Positions 51,434-60,461 are shown, numbered from the stretch's first letter. The stretch: 64,000 nucleotides of DNA from Candidatus Latescibacterota bacterium (GCA_963667175.2 CAXXXF010000015.1:672001-736000), one strand, 5' to 3'. The notes: a model not told the origin generated them from the letters alone. Numbers and translations: made by a program.

Positions 51434-52041
51434 ATAGCCCCCATTTCTAGAGCCGCGCTAAGCCGGCGTGAAGGCAGTTCCTCAAGTGTTCGTAGAAGGG
51501 CGCTCGTCGTTACCTTTTGTTGTTGAAGACCGTCCTGCAAGGCCTCAATAGCCGTTTCGCGTCCGATCTGGTGTTCGAATCGGAAGCAATCGACGATCGT
51601 ACGAGCCGGCGATGTCATTCGCGCCGGAACGCCCTCAAATGTCGTGTCGGACACACCATAGGTCCAGGCGGCGCCGCTGAACCTGATGAGTCGGGTTCGG
51701 AATTGCGGTAGCCGAGGGGGTCTCGCCTTATGGGGAATCGCAATCCAGACTTCGTGCGGAAGCCGGGTACCAATTTCATGATAGCTCAGCGCTGAAAGTA
51801 GACATATCACTGCATTGGGCACACGCGCACAAACAGCAGCCAGTGTGTGGTGTTCTGTCGGCTCCGCGCTTGCAAGCCTGTAAAGGCCGCGGTTGACCCG
51901 CTCAACGGCGCCAGTTGAGACCAAACGGCGGAGTTGGTCGTAGGTGATTCCCAACTCATCGATCTGGCTCGGGCGAAAGAAGACACCGAGACCGGCGCTT
52001 TGAAGGCGGTCCATGTCGAGTTGAATTGTTGACATGTTCAT
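51430..52041 (-). CDS. AbiEi antitoxin, pair 1
   Basis: RGLYRL, CLLSALSYHEIGT, TSPARTIVDCFR. Confidence 0.9.
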   Translation of the reverse strand: MNMSTIQLDMDRLQSAGLGVFFRPSQIDELGITYDQLRRLVSTGAVERVNRGLYRLASAEPTEHHTLAAVCARVPNAVICLLSALSYHEIGTRLPHEVWIAIPHKARPPRLPQFRTRLIRFSGAAWTYGVSDTTFEGVPARMTSPARTIVDCFRFEHQIGRETAIEALQDGLQQQKVTTSALLRTLEELPSRRLSAALEMGAM

Positions 52042-52044
52042 AAA

Positions 52045-52103
52045 AATGTCGGCAATCTATCAAGAGCTGCCGACATTATATCGTATTCTCGCTGAATTGT
52101 CAA
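52045..52103 (-). promoter_or_regulatory. Consensus sigma70 promoter overlapping an AbiEi operator (copy 1)
   Basis: TTGACA (52103-52098)-N17-TATAAT (52080-52075); aatgtcggca-N13-tgccgacatt at 52045-52077. Confidence 0.85.
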
Positions 52104-52168
52104 CGGAAAATTAGCCTAACAGGAGAAGAAGAACGCGATATTTACTTACATCCACACTTGTTCCCATT

Positions 52169-52192
52169 GCGCAAACTGACAGTTTGCGCTAC
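52169..52192. repeat. GTAG REP-like palindrome, second family (copy 1)
   Basis: gcgcaaactgacagtttgcgctac; again at 59838-59860. Confidence 0.75.
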
Positions 52193-52452
52193 GAGCGGTT
52201 GGCGTGATACAGGTCCCAGCGAAGCTGGAGATTCAGCCAAAACACGGCCGACACGTTGAAATATCTCCCCAGGCGCAGAGCTGTACTCGGCGTGATAGCC
52301 CGTCGACCGTTCACAAGTTCGTTAACCCGTTGATAGGGAACATGAATGGCGGTAGCCAATTCGCGCTGTGTTAAATTCACCGGATTCAGGAATTCCTCCA
52401 GCAACGTCTCACCCGGATGAGTCGGAACACGATGGGTTGGAATTCGTACCAT
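52189..52452 (-). CDS. higA: HigA family antitoxin (HTH)
   Basis: PTHPGETLLEEFL.P..LTQ.ELA...RVNELVNGRRAITPSTALRL...FWLNLQ. Confidence 0.92.
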   Translation of the reverse strand: MVRIPTHRVPTHPGETLLEEFLNPVNLTQRELATAIHVPYQRVNELVNGRRAITPSTALRLGRYFNVSAVFWLNLQLRWDLYHANRS

Positions 52453-52558
52453 AGTTCACACCTCTGGTTAATTTTCGATGGAAGCTGACAACCTCCAAGT
52501 CAGTGGCAATGACGACCTGGCCACGCAAACAGGTGTGACCATAGATACTTCTGGCGGC

Positions 52559-54712
52559 TCAGGCCACTGTGCCGGACATATCCTTCAACATCTCCAGTAT
52601 GTCTTTTTCGATGGCCTGAATATCGGCCTCGATTTCTGCGAGTGGACGTGGTGGTTTGTACCGGTAGAAGTAGCGGTTGAAGTTGATCTCGTAGCCCACA
52701 AAGCCGACTCGTCCGTCCTTATGATCGCGTTTCGTAGTGTCGATCCACGCGTCCGGCACGTGGGGCTTGACCTCGCGGTCAAAGAAGGTGCGGACGCTTT
52801 CGGGGACGCCGTCATCGTCCACTGGATCCTCCCCTTCCGCGAGCGGCACGCGTTCGGTGTCCCGCAGCTCCGGGTCGGCTTCGGGCGCGCCGCCCCTCCC
52901 GTGACAGACCGCCGCGGTCTCGTCCCGTTCCCCGAGTGCGGCCAGAATCGCTTTCTTCACTGGTGCCGCGAGTTTCAGGCCGGCTTTCATTTCGGCATTC
53001 GCAAGCTCCTTGAGAAACGCTTCCCGGTCCTTATAGAGGACATCGGGCAGCGCTTCCAGCATGGCCAATATCACCCCTTGGAGGGCCCGGCCCTCCGCCA
53101 CCTCGCGTTCACCCGCGTCTCCTCGTTTTTTCGATTTGGACAAATTCTGAAATCCCTTTTGTTCGCCAAGCCGGGTGATGCGTTCGGCACTCGCCTCGAA
53201 ATTGAGGCGCAAGGGCCGCTCGACCGTAATTCTTCGATATCCGAACTGTGTGGTCGGGAAGACGCGGCTGACGGTCTTGTCTTCCTCCTCGCCGTCTTCC
53301 GTTACCTTCCTGGTCTCGCCATCCTGAAATCCGTGCAGAAGTTCCAATACTTCGTCCGCTTTATCCGGAGGAATCTCGCGCCGTTTGTCGCCCAGGCTCC
53401 GGCGCATGGGCGCCCAGAAGGTGGTCGCGTCGATGAGCTGTACCTTGCCCTTTCGTTTCGGGTCCTTCCGATTGCTCAGAACCCACACGTAGGTTGCAAT
53501 CCCCGTATTGTAGAAAAGTTGTTCGGGGAGCGCGATCAACGCCTCCAGAAGGTCGTTTTCGAGAACATAGCGCCGGATCTCGCTCTCTCCGCTACCCGCG
53601 TCGCCGGTAAACAGTGGCGAACCGTTCATAATGATCGCGATGCGTGCGCCCCCCTGGTCCGGCGCCCGAGCATGAGCGAGCATATGCAGCAGGAACAGGG
53701 TCTGGCCGTCGCTGATCCGCGGGAGTCCCGGGCCGAAGCGCCCGGCGGTTCCCCTTTCGTGCTCGGATTCGACCGAACTCTTGTCTCGTTTCCAGTCCTT
53801 TCCGTACGGCGGATTCGCGATCAGGTAATCGAAATGGCGTGCGGCGTGGCGGTCGTTAGACAGCGTACTGCCGAACGCAACGTTGTTTGCGTCCCGCCCC
53901 TTTGGATCCTTTATGTACATGTCCGACTTTGACACTGCCCAGGTCTCCGGATTTACTTCCTGGCCGAAGAGATGAATCTCCGCCTGAGGATTGACGGCAG
54001 GGCGAAGGACTTCGCCGTTGCTTCGCCTGCCGCTGGTGATGTGGCTCTTTGCAATCATCAACATACCGCCGGAGCCGCAGCAGGGATCGTACACACTACG
54101 TACGACGCTGGGGTTGGCGATGCGATCGTCGTCACCGGCCAACATGAGATCCACCATCAGATGGACGACGTCCCGCGGCGTGAAGTGCTCCCCGGGATTC
54201 TCGTCGAGGGCTTCGTTGAAACGCCGGATCAACTCTTCGAAGATCGTCCCCATCGTCGCGTTGTCGATCCGATCCGGGTGCAGGTCGACGTTTTTGAACC
54301 GCTCAAGCACCTGGAACAGCAACCCCGCTTCGTCGAGCTTGCTGATCGTGTTGTCGACGTCGAAGCGCTCCAACACCTCCCGCATGTTGTCACTGAAGCC
54401 GGCAATGAAGTTCCTCAGGTTGGCGGCAAGCTGGGGCGCATCGGCGAGCAACGTGTCGAAGTCATAGCGCGACGTGTTGTAGAACGCGAAGCCGGACGTC
54501 CTGCAGAGCTGCTCCCTCAGGTCTTCGAGTCCCATATTCCTCAGCTCCGCCTGGCGTTTGAGCACCTTTTGTTTCGTGGGAGCGAGCACGCAATCCAGAC
54601 GGCGCAACACGGTCAACGGCAGAATGACGTCCTGGTACTTGCCTCGCTTGAAGCTGTCGCGGATCAGATCCGCGACGCCCCAGATAAAGCTGACGATTTC
54701 ACTGTGGTTCAT
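52559..54712 (-). CDS. hsdM: Type I restriction-modification methyltransferase subunit M
   Basis: GEHFTPR, YDPCCGSGGM, ANPPY, NGSPLF, FYNTGI, GYEINF. Confidence 0.96.
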   Translation of the reverse strand: MNHSEIVSFIWGVADLIRDSFKRGKYQDVILPLTVLRRLDCVLAPTKQKVLKRQAELRNMGLEDLREQLCRTSGFAFYNTSRYDFDTLLADAPQLAANLRNFIAGFSDNMREVLERFDVDNTISKLDEAGLLFQVLERFKNVDLHPDRIDNATMGTIFEELIRRFNEALDENPGEHFTPRDVVHLMVDLMLAGDDDRIANPSVVRSVYDPCCGSGGMLMIAKSHITSGRRSNGEVLRPAVNPQAEIHLFGQEVNPETWAVSKSDMYIKDPKGRDANNVAFGSTLSNDRHAARHFDYLIANPPYGKDWKRDKSSVESEHERGTAGRFGPGLPRISDGQTLFLLHMLAHARAPDQGGARIAIIMNGSPLFTGDAGSGESEIRRYVLENDLLEALIALPEQLFYNTGIATYVWVLSNRKDPKRKGKVQLIDATTFWAPMRRSLGDKRREIPPDKADEVLELLHGFQDGETRKVTEDGEEEDKTVSRVFPTTQFGYRRITVERPLRLNFEASAERITRLGEQKGFQNLSKSKKRGDAGEREVAEGRALQGVILAMLEALPDVLYKDREAFLKELANAEMKAGLKLAAPVKKAILAALGERDETAAVCHGRGGAPEADPELRDTERVPLAEGEDPVDDDGVPESVRTFFDREVKPHVPDAWIDTTKRDHKDGRVGFVGYEINFNRYFYRYKPPRPLAEIEADIQAIEKDILEMLKDMSGTVA

Positions 54713-54783
54713 ACGTTTGCTCCACGACTTCGACCTGGCGAATAACGCCGCCTATACCCCTTTAATTCAATAAATGTAACTTA

Positions 54784-56762
54784 GTAGAGTCGAGATGTGG
54801 CGCGGTGGTTTAGGAGTGGCCTATCTGTTTCCGCCCCTTTCGTCTGGCGGTGCCTCAATAGCCGCTCCGTGCTCCGTTTCCACGTCCCGCTCATCGAACC
54901 GGACGTGCGGATTTACCGCATCCGGCTCTCGGACAAGGAGTCATGCGTTCGCCCACGGAAGGTTGCGCGCCTGTACTTCCAGCCGGGTCAGGCCCAACGT
55001 GTTGTAGAGGACCTGGTCATGGAAGCGTGACCTTCCCTTTCCCGGTATTCGGTACTTGTTGCACAACCACCAGCGGAGCCGTTTCCGGGTGTGGCTGTCC
55101 ACACTCCGATAGGCTTTGCTGGCCAGACCAAGACGGAAGTAGTTGCCCCACCCTGCCAGCTTTCGGTTCAGGTGGGCAATCCGTTCTTGATGGTCTTTCA
55201 GCAACCACCGTCGCGCCGTTGCCTCGCTGATGGCCCGGCAGATGTGCCGGATGGCCTTCTTTGACGGGCGCGTGCCGATATAGGCCTTTCCCGTCTTTGG
55301 CGAGTAACAGCGGCCGATGGTGTAGCCCAGAAAGTCAAATCGTCCTTCCGGGAGCGTGCATATGCCCGTCTTCTGCTCGTTCACCGTCAACTTAAGCGCT
55401 TTCATGATGGATCGCATCGCACGCATCGCTTCTTCTGCACTGCCGCGACAGCAGATCACAAAATCATCCGCGTAGTTGACAATATGAGCCTCCAGACGTT
55501 GCTGATGTCCCCGAAATTTCCATCCCAGAATGAACCGCCGCATATACAGGTTCGCCAACAGCGGGGAGATTGGGGCGCCTTGCGGTGTCCCCCTTCCCTG
55601 ATCCTTGTTCGGCGTCGCTCGACGTTTGCGGCCCCGCTTGTCGGTCTCCTCAATCGGCGCGGTCAGCCACAGCTTGATCAGGCGCAGCATTCGCCCGTCA
55701 CTGATGCGTCGCGCCACCGATTTCATCAACTCGGCATGCGGGATCGTGTCGAAGTAGCCGCTCAAGTCGGCGTCGATCACCTGCGTATGGCCGCGGCTCA
55801 CCAGACTGTGAACCGCATTGATGGCGTCGTGCGCACTCCGTTTCGGGCGATACGCATACTGTTCCGCTGGCAGGTCCGCCTCAAAGATCGGCTCCAAGAC
55901 CAGCATCGCCGCGGTTTGCACCACCCGATCCTTCACCGTCGGGATGCCCAACGGCCTTTGCTTCCCGTTCGGCTTGGGGATATATACCCGACGGATCGGA
56001 GACACCCGATACGATTTGCTCCTTACGGCTTCCGACAGTTCGCCTAACCACCGCTTTTGCCCGTATGACTCGATATCCGCAAACGTCTCGCCGTCCACGC
56101 CCGCCGCGCCGCCGTTGGCCTTGCAGCAGCGGTACGCATAAAGCAGGATGTCCTCGCGATACACTTTGTCATACAGCGCGTAGAATCGGTAGCCGGGCGA
56201 TTCCTTCGCTTTGGCATGCAACGTCTTCCGCAACTTCCGAACCTTCTCCGGAGGTCTTAGGCTCATACCAATCTCCAGGCTCTCGCTCCTTTGACGTTGC
56301 CCTTGAACCAAGGCCCCTTCCCTCCACCGGCATTACCCGGCTTCCCGGGTACTACGGGCCTCTCCGCCACCCCACACGGCCCGGCCTGACCCTCACGGGC
56401 GTCCGGTTGGTGTCTATACACCACCGAGGGGGGCTTCCCGTGTTGCGTCGGAACTCCTTGTATACGTGCCTTCGCCATTACCCCGGCGGGACCGTTGGAT
56501 GCGCGCGTTGCTCTCTTTTTCCAACGACGGCGGCCTTCCCCGATCCATGGGCGGGTCGGCTCCCGCATTACCTTTTTCGAGGCCTGCTCAGCGTTCACTC
56601 ACGTTTCGGCCCGCATACTCGCCAGGTCGCCTTGCGACCCTCTACACCGGAGGCTTCGGAGATGTCGTTGCCTACGTCCCCGCTCCGGTTGCTACCGACC
56701 GCAGCAACATTTGTCGGGTGGGACTCTCACCCACTGAAGTTCCGCGCCTTTTCACGGCGCAC
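54784..56762 (-). mobile_element. Group II intron (~1.98 kb)
   Basis: 5' end GTGCG at 56762; domain V gagagccggatgcggtaaatccgcacgtccggttcgatgagcgg; domain VI ending ctcgactctAC at 54784; RT ORF inside. Confidence 0.92.
54941..56266 (-). CDS. ltrA: Group II intron reverse transcriptase/maturase, no En domain
   Basis: RPLGIPTVKDRVVQ, GTPQGAPISPLLAN, YADD, FDFLGY, X domain; probable ATG 56266. Confidence 0.95.
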   Translation of the reverse strand: MSLRPPEKVRKLRKTLHAKAKESPGYRFYALYDKVYREDILLYAYRCCKANGGAAGVDGETFADIESYGQKRWLGELSEAVRSKSYRVSPIRRVYIPKPNGKQRPLGIPTVKDRVVQTAAMLVLEPIFEADLPAEQYAYRPKRSAHDAINAVHSLVSRGHTQVIDADLSGYFDTIPHAELMKSVARRISDGRMLRLIKLWLTAPIEETDKRGRKRRATPNKDQGRGTPQGAPISPLLANLYMRRFILGWKFRGHQQRLEAHIVNYADDFVICCRGSAEEAMRAMRSIMKALKLTVNEQKTGICTLPEGRFDFLGYTIGRCYSPKTGKAYIGTRPSKKAIRHICRAISEATARRWLLKDHQERIAHLNRKLAGWGNYFRLGLASKAYRSVDSHTRKRLRWWLCNKYRIPGKGRSRFHDQVLYNTLGLTRLEVQARNLPWANA

Positions 56763-57232
56763 CATGGATGGACAGGATGAACAGGACGAAAACCAAAAAG
56801 CGCGACAAAAGCACAAGAAAACGAACATCAGAAACTACGAAACACGCGAAAAATACGAAAAATACGTGGCTGAAATCAATTGCAACAAGAGACAAAAACC
56901 ACAATGTTGCACGTTAGCCTGACACCCCGACATTTCGCAGGTCAACTCGATCTTGGACGAATCAAGGTTTTCGTTATTTTCTTCACTCATATTATTGAAA
57001 ACCAACCGATTATACGACAAATTCACCAGTTTTCATGATTAGCTCAGGCTAACAATATAACACAAAATGGCAATAAAGATGGGATTGGCGTTTTCGCGAT
57101 CCGAACAGTGCCCTGTAGACGAAAGAAGGGGTCAGTGGATAGTGGCCAGTGGTCAGTTAAAACCGGTGCACACCATCGACACATTCTGCCACGAACGCGT
57201 GCTATTAGCGACTGCGAAAATAAGCAGGCTTT

Positions 57233-57264
57233 TTATTAGCGGAATCGATCCAAATCGATAATAA
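57233..57264. repeat. 32-bp direct repeat, right copy
   Basis: Identical to 27275-27306. Confidence 0.85.
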
Positions 57265-57353
57265 AATAACGCAAGTCGGCGGAAAAAAGAACCGGCTTCA
57301 GCAATACACAAGCCGGTTCCGGGTCGATGAAGTTCCGAAAAGAGTGCGGGGCC

Positions 57354-57755
57354 TCAGGGCGAAGACAGCCTTTCGGGAGTAACAAAACCGAGCGCGGCGG
57401 CCACAGTGCGCTGCCGGTCGTCAAGCGTGAGGAACAGGAGTTCGCCCGGCTTCGGGGCTGAGTATAGCGCGGTCGCGACATGCCATAGATCGGCGCCTCT
57501 CAGGTACCCGATCTCCAAGACCGTTGCGAACTCAGGAGCGAGCGACCTCTGAGGCATAACCCACTCGATGCCGGCAACCATGAGTTTCTGAAATTCGATG
57601 CCCTCGCGAGCGAAGGAGGCGCGGAGCTCCGCTTCCAGCAGATTGGACGAAACCAAGCTATCGAATCCTGAAAGTTGTCCGGCGAACGTACGAGCGCCAG
57701 GCTCGTCGAAGGCGATGGCGGCCAACACAGAGGTATCGATGTACGCGGCGCTCAT
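57354..57755 (-). CDS. vapC: PIN-domain toxin (VapC family)
   Basis: YIDTS, EAE, LRGADLWH, LTLDD; overlaps its antitoxin by 4 nt. Confidence 0.88.
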   Translation of the reverse strand: MSAAYIDTSVLAAIAFDEPGARTFAGQLSGFDSLVSSNLLEAELRASFAREGIEFQKLMVAGIEWVMPQRSLAPEFATVLEIGYLRGADLWHVATALYSAPKPGELLFLTLDDRQRTVAAALGFVTPERLSSP

Positions 57756-58030
57756 TCGTTACGCTCAGCCAGGAACCGTGCCAGAGCGCCTGGCCGACGC
57801 GCCACGGGCTGAAGCGTCTGCTTTGACGCTCCGGACCGCACCAGGATCCCGCGACGTCGAAGATCATCCAGACGCTCTTCGATCGTCTGCTGCCGCGGAT
57901 GCTGGATCGCGCGGATCTCAGCCACGGGCTCTCCTCGATAGGAAACCATGACGGTTCTGCCTTCGCGCACGTGCCGGATGACCTCCGAAAACCGCGCCTT
58001 TGCTTCATAGGTTGAGTAAATCAATGCCAT
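57752..58030 (-). CDS. Phd/YefM family antitoxin
   Basis: YEAKARFSEVIR.VREG..V.VSYRGEPVAEI; ATG 58030. Confidence 0.88.
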   Translation of the reverse strand: MALIYSTYEAKARFSEVIRHVREGRTVMVSYRGEPVAEIRAIQHPRQQTIEERLDDLRRRGILVRSGASKQTLQPVARRPGALARFLAERNE

Positions 58031-58036
58031 AGCAAG

Positions 58037-58065
58037 AATATAACCAGTCAGACTAGTCCTGTCAA
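58037..58065 (-). promoter_or_regulatory. sigma70 promoter of the TA pair, probably giving a leaderless mRNA
   Basis: TTGACA-N17-TATATT, with 6 nt between the -10 box and the ATG; palindrome gactagtc in the spacer. Confidence 0.7.
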
Positions 58066-58161
58066 GGGCAACATCTTGCATGTCGAACGGTCGGGCCCGG
58101 TGTATTTGGCATCGTAGACGGCCTGAATCGCCAATTTTCAAATCCGTATGGCGTGTTCTTC

Positions 58162-58190
58162 GTAGGGGCAGGTTTGAAACCTGCCCCTAC
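58162..58190. repeat. GTAG-family REP palindrome (copy 3)
   Basis: gtaggggcaggtttgaaacctgcccctac. Confidence 0.8.
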
Positions 58191-58301
58191 CTGTTCGGAG
58201 GTCGACAGGCTCGGCGCAAGGATCACGATCGTGTTCTGTCGTGCTTAAGACTCCGCGGTCAGCAGGAGGTGTCGGTTTCGAATTGGGCGACCCGCCCGGC
58301 G

Positions 58302-58829
58302 CTATCCGTCGAATTCGTACAAGAGGTTGCCGCCGGACACGCCCTCAATTCGAAGGACGACCCTTCCCGGACCGGGTCCGTAGAACTGCCGATAGCGCGT
58401 CCTGATCAGGGTGAGGTCGAAGACGTGGGACTCGGTCAGCCATGCCTCGCAGGGATCGCCGTTCGCGTTGTGGGCGAGCACGGCCTGGAGTTGCACCGGA
58501 TCCGACTCCCTGAACGATTTCGAGATCACCAGAGTGAATTCGTGCCTCCGGCAGCCGCCGGTATACGAGACGTCGATGGTCAACCGGTGTCCGTCGATGG
58601 CGGCAGAGTTCACCACCCAGGGGTCGTCTCCCCGGTCGCGGCCGTCGGCGACCACAACGTTGCCTCCGGTGACCGTCGGATCGAGCGTCGAATCACGGCA
58701 GCCGGTCGCGGCGAGCAGGCCGACCAGGATTGCGAACGCGGCCACGCCCATCCGTACGGATATAAGACGGTTGCCCAACATACCGAAATCGGCGGATGCG
58801 CCGACGTTGCGGGGCGTTTCGCGTGTCAT
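58302..58829 (-). CDS. Putative lipoprotein (NigD C-terminal-like) with an AbiEii-derived N-terminal stub
   Basis: Hydrophobic stretch and lipobox ATGC; YTGGC..HEF.L....F.ES.PVQ...HNANGDPCEA....FDL. Confidence 0.6.
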   Translation of the reverse strand: MTRETPRNVGASADFGMLGNRLISVRMGVAAFAILVGLLAATGCRDSTLDPTVTGGNVVVADGRDRGDDPWVVNSAAIDGHRLTIDVSYTGGCRRHEFTLVISKSFRESDPVQLQAVLAHNANGDPCEAWLTESHVFDLTLIRTRYRQFYGPGPGRVVLRIEGVSGGNLLYEFDG

Positions 58830-58929
58830 AGATGAAGCGCTTCCAGTTCCGGGGACATGGCGTTCCGGCTGCAGGTCGTCAATCGTGAGGAGTCGAAAGC
58901 GATGCCGGCCAACACTGTCGTCTGCGGGC

Positions 58930-59103
58930 TCAGGCCCCGCGATCAGCCAGGAAGCGGGCCAGGGCGCCCGGACGATGCGCCACCGGCTGAGGCGATTGTC
59001 CCGGCGCTCCCGATGGAACGAGGAACCCGCGACGTCGAAGCTCATTCAGCCGTTCGTCGATCGTCTGCTGCCTGTGACGTTGGTTCGCGCGGTTGTCAGA
59101 CAC
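58930..59103 (-). pseudogene. 5'-truncated paralog of the Phd antitoxin
   Basis: Encodes RQQTIDERLNELRRRGFLV...PVAHRPGALARFLADRGA* versus RQQTIEERLDDLRRRGILV...PVARRPGALARFLAERNE*. Confidence 0.8.
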
Positions 59104-59124
59104 GGGGGTCTCCTCGCACGAACT

Positions 59125-59553
59125 TTACGCCGGACGGAACGTCACGACCAATTCCCGGCCGAGCGACCGCAGGGCCTTGTGAATGCGGTTGGCGGCGGTG
59201 TGATGTCGGGGATCGAGCATGCGACGCACGACTTTCTCGTTGACGCCGAGGCGTCGGGCACATGCAAGGCGGGTCAGACCGCTATCCCGGAACGCAAGGA
59301 CGAACGCGGCTTTTGCAGCCATGTCGGGCGGAACGGCAACGTACTGCTCGCCCGCGCGTCGGCGACTGGGCGGCGGGATGGGCTCGTTATCGTCGATGCG
59401 GCCGGCGACCGCTTCCTCGAGGGCGCCGCGTGCTTCCAGCAGGGCCGCTGACTCGTCGGCGCCCGAGGTGAGACATTCCGGAAAGTCCCGGAACGAGACA
59501 GTGATCTCGCCCGAGAGGTCGGGTTGAAGCCGGGCGGGATAGCGAAACTGCAT
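59125..59553 (-). CDS. hicB: HicB family antitoxin (no hicA seen)
   Basis: YPARL.....ITVSFRDFPECLTSG...A...A..AL...IP.PS plus C-terminal HTH; ATG 59553. Confidence 0.85.
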   Translation of the reverse strand: MQFRYPARLQPDLSGEITVSFRDFPECLTSGADESAALLEARGALEEAVAGRIDDNEPIPPPSRRRAGEQYVAVPPDMAAKAAFVLAFRDSGLTRLACARRLGVNEKVVRRMLDPRHHTAANRIHKALRSLGRELVVTFRPA

Positions 59554-59670
59554 GAGGGTTTCCTGCCTTTCACAACCTGAAAATAGGACATTTGTGTCCG
59601 AATAGCAATGGAATCGCGACGGCATCCTTTGACGACCCGGCACGGTCGCGGATTACGACGCCGCGCGGTA

Positions 59671-59711
59671 AGACAGGACCCCGGCGGAATGGCTCCGCCG
59701 GGGTCCTGTCT
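59671..59711 (-). terminator. Strong hairpin downstream of tRNA-Lys
   Basis: agacaggaccccggcgga-atggc-tccgccggggtcctgtct. Confidence 0.6.
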
Positions 59712-59747
59712 TAAACATCAGGCCGTCGCACGAGACGGCCGAAAAAC

Positions 59748-59823
<76 letters not shown>

Positions 59824-59837
59824 ATACACTTGCAGGA

Positions 59838-59860
59838 CGCAAACTGACAGTTTGCGCTAC
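59838..59860. repeat. GTAG REP-like palindrome, second family (copy 2)
   Basis: cgcaaactgacagtttgcgctac. Confidence 0.75.
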
Positions 59861-59917
59861 GGTGACGGGTCAACGCAAGCATCGCAACGAAATTCAATAA
59901 CGCTATCAGAATGAGCA

Positions 59918-60388
59918 CTACGTCCGAACGTAATCCCCGCTGCGGCCGCCGGTTTTTCGCAGGAGGCGGACGTTCCGGATCTCCATCTCCCTGTCCACGG
60001 CCTTGCACATATCGTAGACGGTCAGCAACGCCGCGCTGACGGCCGTCAGCGCCTCCATCTCCACGCCGGTCTTGCCCGTCACGCGGACGGTGGCTTCCGC
60101 TTCGATGCGGTCCGGTCCTACCTCGAAACCGACTTCGATGCCCGTGGGATCGACGGGATGGCAAAGCGGGATCAGCTCCCAGGTGCGTTTCGCCGCCATG
60201 ATCCCGGCAATCCGGGCGGTTTCCAGCACGTTTCCCTTGGGCAGCGCGCCTCGGGAAACCAGGTGCGCCGTTTCCGGCGCGATCACGATCTCGCCGCCCG
60301 CCACCGCCACACGCTCGGTCAGATCCTTATCCGTGACGTCCACCATCTTCACGCTGCCATCGTCGGCAATATGGGTCAGATTCGCCAT
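59918..60388 (-). CDS. moaC: Cyclic pyranopterin monophosphate synthase
   Basis: LTH...MVDV, KG.VL..ARIAGIMAAKRT.ELIPLCHP, TGVEMEALT, YDMCKAVD. Confidence 0.97.
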   Translation of the reverse strand: MANLTHIADDGSVKMVDVTDKDLTERVAVAGGEIVIAPETAHLVSRGALPKGNVLETARIAGIMAAKRTWELIPLCHPVDPTGIEVGFEVGPDRIEAEATVRVTGKTGVEMEALTAVSAALLTVYDMCKAVDREMEIRNVRLLRKTGGRSGDYVRT

Positions 60389-60461
60389 GTCAAATGCCCG
60401 AAGGATGCCGGGAGTGCGAGTCGTTCAAAACTATTGCGGACGACAAAAAGGCCGTTTCGCG

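Noticed and set aside
54941-56311. RT as a retron, DGR or defence-associated RT
   Set aside because: It is flanked by canonical group II intron ends (GTGCG, domains V/VI, EBS1-IBS1) and has a maturase X domain.
56763-57264. CRISPR array or integron attC array
   Set aside because: Repeats are short, irregular and lack repeat-spacer periodicity; no cas or intI gene.
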